From positions 256,001 through 320,000 of the forward strand of contig CBDBOV010000005.1 of NCBI GenBank assembly GCA_965208575.1: a stretch of 64,000 bases of DNA. The letters are read 5' to 3'. Made by a program: the position numbers and the translations under genes. The DNA is from Spirochaetia bacterium. GTDB lineage: Bacteria; Spirochaetota; Spirochaetia; SZUA-6; Bin103. This document shows, one piece after another, positions 60,190 to 64,000 of this stretch. Position 1 is the stretch's first letter, and every line of letters begins with the position of its first letter. The notes beneath the pieces are model-generated. The model was not told the origin of the DNA. It saw only the letters and a program-made list of their open reading frames with translations, and searched no databases.

Positions 60190-60726
60190 CGACGGCTGCG
60201 TCCGCCGGGTTCGCCATCGCTGGCCGGCGTGCCGGTCGCGGTGGTGGCCGATCCGCGGTCGCCCGACCGCTGGAACGTGTTCTCGCGGCGCACCGGCGCC
60301 GGCGTCGTGCAGTTCGCGGCCCACGAGCGCGGCATCCGCGATCCGCAATCGGGCACGGGTGTGGGACGCCACCACCGGCGTGGTCGTCGCCGGCCCGTCC
60401 GACGCGCAGCCGCTGCTGCGCATCCCCGCGCTGACGTCGTTCCCGCGCACCTGGGGTTGTTGCCGCCGCGCGTCGGCGCCGCCGGCGCCGGTTCCCCCGG
60501 AGCACCGCCGCTCCGCGGCGCCCCGCCCAGGCTGCCACCCGCTCCGTCACTGCCCGGCGGGCGGCCGTGGCTGCGGTCGCTGCGCTCGAACAGGCTCTGC
60601 AGTTGCGCCGCGTTGCTCAGGTTCAGCTTGCCGTCCTGCAGCAACTCGCGCGCCGTAGCGGGCCACTGTGAGCCCGGCAAATCGCGTCAAGGGGTGCGCG
60701 CAACTTCTTTGCGATTCTCTCCATGT
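60190..60726 (-). pseudogene. Internally deleted third HNH locus (leader fused to ARELLQDGKLNLSNAAQLQSLFERSDRS)
   Basis: Coding block matches copy 2 from 22537; leader block matches 22046-22125; no HNH domain remains. Confidence 0.85.
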
Positions 60727-60847
60727 CCCCGATCTGTCGGCACGGCGGGGTTGCCTTGTACTGGGCAAGTCCTGCCGCCTTCGGCGTTCGCACCCCAGCC
60801 GCGTGTGGACCGGTGCACGGCTCGCGTTATAGAGTAGGCTGCACGTC

Positions 60848-61444
60848 ATGGCTGTAGTTTCGGTACCGCGCCCATTGCAGGATCGCCTGGGAGAGGATGC
60901 CACGGCGTCGCTCGTGGAGATGCTGCGCCAGCTCGAGGAGGAGCAGGAAGAGCGGCGCGAAGTACAGAAAGAGCATCTGTTCCAGCTTCTGGAGGAACGG
61001 TTCCTCCGCCACGTGGCGGATTCCGAACATCGGACTCGCAAGGAACTGGGCCAGGAGATTGCCAACCTGCGCAAGGAGTTCGGCCAGGAGATCTCCGACG
61101 TGCGCAAGGAGCTCGGCCAGGAGATTGCCGACCTGCGCAAGGAGTTCGGCCAGGAGATTGCCGACCTGCGCAAGGAGTTCGGCCACGAGATTGCCGACCT
61201 GCGCAAGGAGTTCGGCCACGAGATTGCCGAAGTACGCAAGGAGATCTCCGGGGTGCGCAAGGAGATATGGGACGTGCGCAAGGAGATATGGGACGTGCGC
61301 AAGGAGATATGGGACGTGCGCAAGGAGATATCGGACGTGCGCAAGGAGATTACCACCCAAACGCGGTGGATACTCGTGGTGATGGGAGCCGCGGCGGTGC
61401 TGATCCCGATCATGCAGCGGGTCATGGCGACCCTTATGCCGTAG
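60848..61444 (+). CDS. LA_3696-like / DUF1640-like coiled-coil protein with C-terminal TM
   Basis: VPRPLQDRLGEDAT..LVEML N-terminus, repeat coiled coil, TQTRWIL then hydrophobic tail. Confidence 0.8.
   Translation: MAVVSVPRPLQDRLGEDATASLVEMLRQLEEEQEERREVQKEHLFQLLEERFLRHVADSEHRTRKELGQEIANLRKEFGQEISDVRKELGQEIADLRKEFGQEIADLRKEFGHEIADLRKEFGHEIAEVRKEISGVRKEIWDVRKEIWDVRKEIWDVRKEISDVRKEITTQTRWILVVMGAAAVLIPIMQRVMATLMP
61036..61350. repeat. 33-bp (RKEFGQEIADL) then 21-bp (RKEIWDV) in-frame tandem repeats
   Basis: About 6 x 33 bp followed by about 5 x 21 bp units, each starting cgcaaggag. Confidence 0.92.
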
Positions 61445-61583
61445 CGCCCCGAAACCACCGGCTGCCGCGGCGATTCCGGCCCAACGGGCCTGCCGTGGAG
61501 CCTGCCGGAATTAGCCAGGCTCCTGGAGATCGTCGAGCGGAAGACTTGCCGTTGCCGCGGCACCTGCACTAGTATCCGCTTCC

Positions 61584-62750
61584 ATGCAACTCAAAGCGCC
61601 GGCGCGTGAGTTCCCGCCGCTGGAACGGGTGCGCAGAGACCTGCGCGTCAAGTGGTACCGCTGCCCGATCGAGCCGGCTCGGCTGCGCGAGCTGATGCGG
61701 CGCAGCGACCTGCGGGGCGCCTTTCAGACCCTCGGCCACCTGGGCCTGTGGGCCGCCTGCGGCGCAGCCACCGCCTGGTTCTTCACCCAGGGCATGTGGC
61801 TGCCGTTCGCGATCGCGCTGTGGTGCCAGGGCACGGTGGGCACCTTCCTCCGCGGTCTCGGCACCCACGAGCTCGGCCACGGCACCGTGTTCCGGACCAA
61901 GTGGCTCAACAAGTTCTTCCTGGTGCCGATGTCGATGCTGACCTGGTGGAGCTACCACGAGTACGCGATGAGCCACACCTACCACCACCGCTACACCCTG
62001 TACCCGGAGGGCGACCGCGAGGTCGTGCTGCCGATCGACCTGCCCCTGAAGCCGCTGCAGATCCTGCAGCGCCTCACTTTCAACGTGCAGGGCATGATCC
62101 AGATCGTCGGCGCCACCGTGCGCATGGCCATTCCCCGCTACCGCCGCGACCTGACCAGCATCCGCACCAGCGAGTGGACGGAAGCGCTGTTCAAGGTGGC
62201 CCCCGAGGTGGAGCGCAAGGCGGTGCGCTTCGCCCGGCTGACCATCCTGTTCCACGCATCGCTGCTGGTGCTGTCGGCGCTGACCGGCGCCTGGTGGATT
62301 TCGATCGTGTGCACCGGCTTCCTGTTCTGCGGCAACTGGCTGGCCGGCCTGGTGGGCACGCCGATGCACATCGGGCTGATGGACGGCGTGCCCGACTTTC
62401 GCATGTGCGTGCGCTCCAACCGGCTCGACCCGTTCACGTCGTTCCTGTACTGGCGCATGAACTGGCACACCGAGCACCACATGTTCGCCGGCGTGCCGTG
62501 CTACAACCTGAAGAAGCTGGCGCGCGAGATCGCTCCCGACATGCCGGAGCTGCGCACCCTGTGGCAGAGCTGGCGGGAGATGATCGACATCGAGAAGCGC
62601 CGCCGCACCGAGCCCGGCTACCAGTACCAGACCCCGCTGCCGCCAACCGCGCATCCCGCGGTGCTGGCCGAAGATCAGGTGGCCACCCGCAAGGGCGAGC
62701 GCGCCCGAATGGAGTCCTCGATCGGCGAACTTGCCCCAGTAGGCCAGTAG
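61584..62750 (+). CDS. Membrane fatty acid desaturase family protein (paralog of 24287-25417)
   Basis: HELGH, HTYHH, HTEHH. Confidence 0.9.
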   Translation: MQLKAPAREFPPLERVRRDLRVKWYRCPIEPARLRELMRRSDLRGAFQTLGHLGLWAACGAATAWFFTQGMWLPFAIALWCQGTVGTFLRGLGTHELGHGTVFRTKWLNKFFLVPMSMLTWWSYHEYAMSHTYHHRYTLYPEGDREVVLPIDLPLKPLQILQRLTFNVQGMIQIVGATVRMAIPRYRRDLTSIRTSEWTEALFKVAPEVERKAVRFARLTILFHASLLVLSALTGAWWISIVCTGFLFCGNWLAGLVGTPMHIGLMDGVPDFRMCVRSNRLDPFTSFLYWRMNWHTEHHMFAGVPCYNLKKLAREIAPDMPELRTLWQSWREMIDIEKRRRTEPGYQYQTPLPPTAHPAVLAEDQVATRKGERARMESSIGELAPVGQ

Positions 62751-62856
62751 CCGGACCGATGCCTGCCGTACGTCGTGGCCTCGGCGGCATGAGGTCGCCG
62801 GCGCGCGGAAGCCGACCGGCGCGAGGGTGGAGGCGGCAACCGAGGCGGGAGGCGGA

Positions 62857-63864
62857 GTGAGCAACCTGGAGATCTACCTGCCGGCGCCGAACCGCGTGCA
62901 GTTGCGCCGGTACGAGGATGCGCCGCTCGGCAGCGGCGAAGTGCGCGGGCGAACCCTGGCCTCGATAGACAGTCCCGGCTCGATACTCGCGATACTCGGC
63001 GGGGCGATGCCGGAGTCGCTGCCTGCCCGCCCCGGGCACGCCGCCGTCTTCAAGGTCGACGAGGTGGGCAGCGAAGTGACTTCGGTGGCGCGCGACGACC
63101 GCCTGCTCTGCCAGGGCTCCAGCCGCTCCATGCAGCAGTTCGTCTCTCACCTGACCGCTCCGGTCCCGGCGGGTCTGGACCCGGTGACCGCGGTGCTGGC
63201 GCGGCTGATGGGGGTGTCCATGACCACGCTGATGACCACCGCGGCGCGGCCGGGCGACCTGGTCGCGGTCACCGGGCTCGGTCCGGTCGGCTACCTGGCG
63301 GCCCACCTGTTCCGGCTCGCCAACTACGAGGTGATCGCCGCCGACCCCGACGCGCGCCGCCGCCGGCTGGCCGCCGACTCCGGGATCACCCGGGTGTATG
63401 CGCAGTTGCCGGCCGACGATGCGGCCGTTGCCGGGTGCGTCGACCTGGTGGTGGAGTGCTCCGGCAACGAGGCCGCCGTGGCGGACGCCTGCCGGGTGGC
63501 CGCCACCGGCGCCGAGGTGGTGCTGGTGGGGACGCCGTGGATTCGCAACACCGAGATGTACGCGCAGGAGATCCTGAAGGAGGTGTTCTACCGCCTGCTG
63601 ACGCTGCGCAGCGGCTGGGAATACGAGATTCCGCTGCGCCGCATGCCGTTCGCGCATGGCGGCCACAACCGCGACTACAGCAACGCCCGCCACACCGTGT
63701 TCTCGGGCTATGAAAAAGCGCTCGCCTGGCTCGCCGCCGGCCGCATCCCGCTGGCCGGCATGGTGCGCACCGTCTCGCCACGCGACGCAGCCGCTGTCTA
63801 CCGCAGCCTGCAGCGCCGCGAGTACGAAGAGCTGTTCCTGATCTGGGACTGGACCGCGCTGTAG
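62857..63864 (+). CDS. MDR-superfamily (zinc-binding-type) dehydrogenase
   Basis: GLGPVG Rossmann motif, DLVVECSG. Confidence 0.82.
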   Translation: MSNLEIYLPAPNRVQLRRYEDAPLGSGEVRGRTLASIDSPGSILAILGGAMPESLPARPGHAAVFKVDEVGSEVTSVARDDRLLCQGSSRSMQQFVSHLTAPVPAGLDPVTAVLARLMGVSMTTLMTTAARPGDLVAVTGLGPVGYLAAHLFRLANYEVIAADPDARRRRLAADSGITRVYAQLPADDAAVAGCVDLVVECSGNEAAVADACRVAATGAEVVLVGTPWIRNTEMYAQEILKEVFYRLLTLRSGWEYEIPLRRMPFAHGGHNRDYSNARHTVFSGYEKALAWLAAGRIPLAGMVRTVSPRDAAAVYRSLQRREYEELFLIWDWTAL

Positions 63865-64000
63865 CTCCGCTTGTGGGGAGCGTCTACCTCAGCGTAACCT
63901 CTGCGACGGCTACTTGCCGACCTCAACGATGGGCGCCCGGTATCGCACGCACGCGGATGCGACGCTCGCTGATGACCGAGAAGTGTCCCTTCCACTGCAC

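Noticed and set aside
61036-61350. Regular repeats resembling a CRISPR array
   Set aside because: Head-to-tail units without unique spacers, lengths in multiples of 3, in-frame coiled coil, no cas genes
1-64000. tRNA or rRNA genes
   Set aside because: None recognised by eye; a covariance-model scan would be needed to exclude them

Overview
GC-rich accessory region. The host is inferred, not verified, to be a Spirochaetota-like host-associated bacterium, from solute-binding-protein signal peptides of the A-G-x-E type and an LA_3696-like coiled-coil protein. Catabolic genes include an amidase, M20 and P1/S58 peptidases, two sugar ABC transporter clusters, a GH5-like hydrolase, two PhyH dioxygenases, two desaturases, an aminotransferase, dehydrogenases and a COG0523 metallochaperone. 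About eight toxin-antitoxin loci (some broken) are interleaved with them. An IS1634 with a clear 6-bp target duplication splits a DUF433 antitoxin, and a nested IS cluster lies at 56.3-60.1 kb. Three giant mosaic SwmB/Ig-like/Calx-beta autotransporter adhesins sit in tandem at 37.7-55.4 kb. The most unusual signal is a dispersed family of transposase-free HNH-endonuclease loci (two intact, one internally deleted). They share a conserved non-coding leader, carry short palindromic repeats inside a hypervariable linker, and are associated with a ~25-bp inverted-repeat motif (GGGTGCGAACGCCGAAAGCGGCAG) that also forms an empty 75-bp MITE-like element. All family assignments come from motif recognition by eye; no searches were run.
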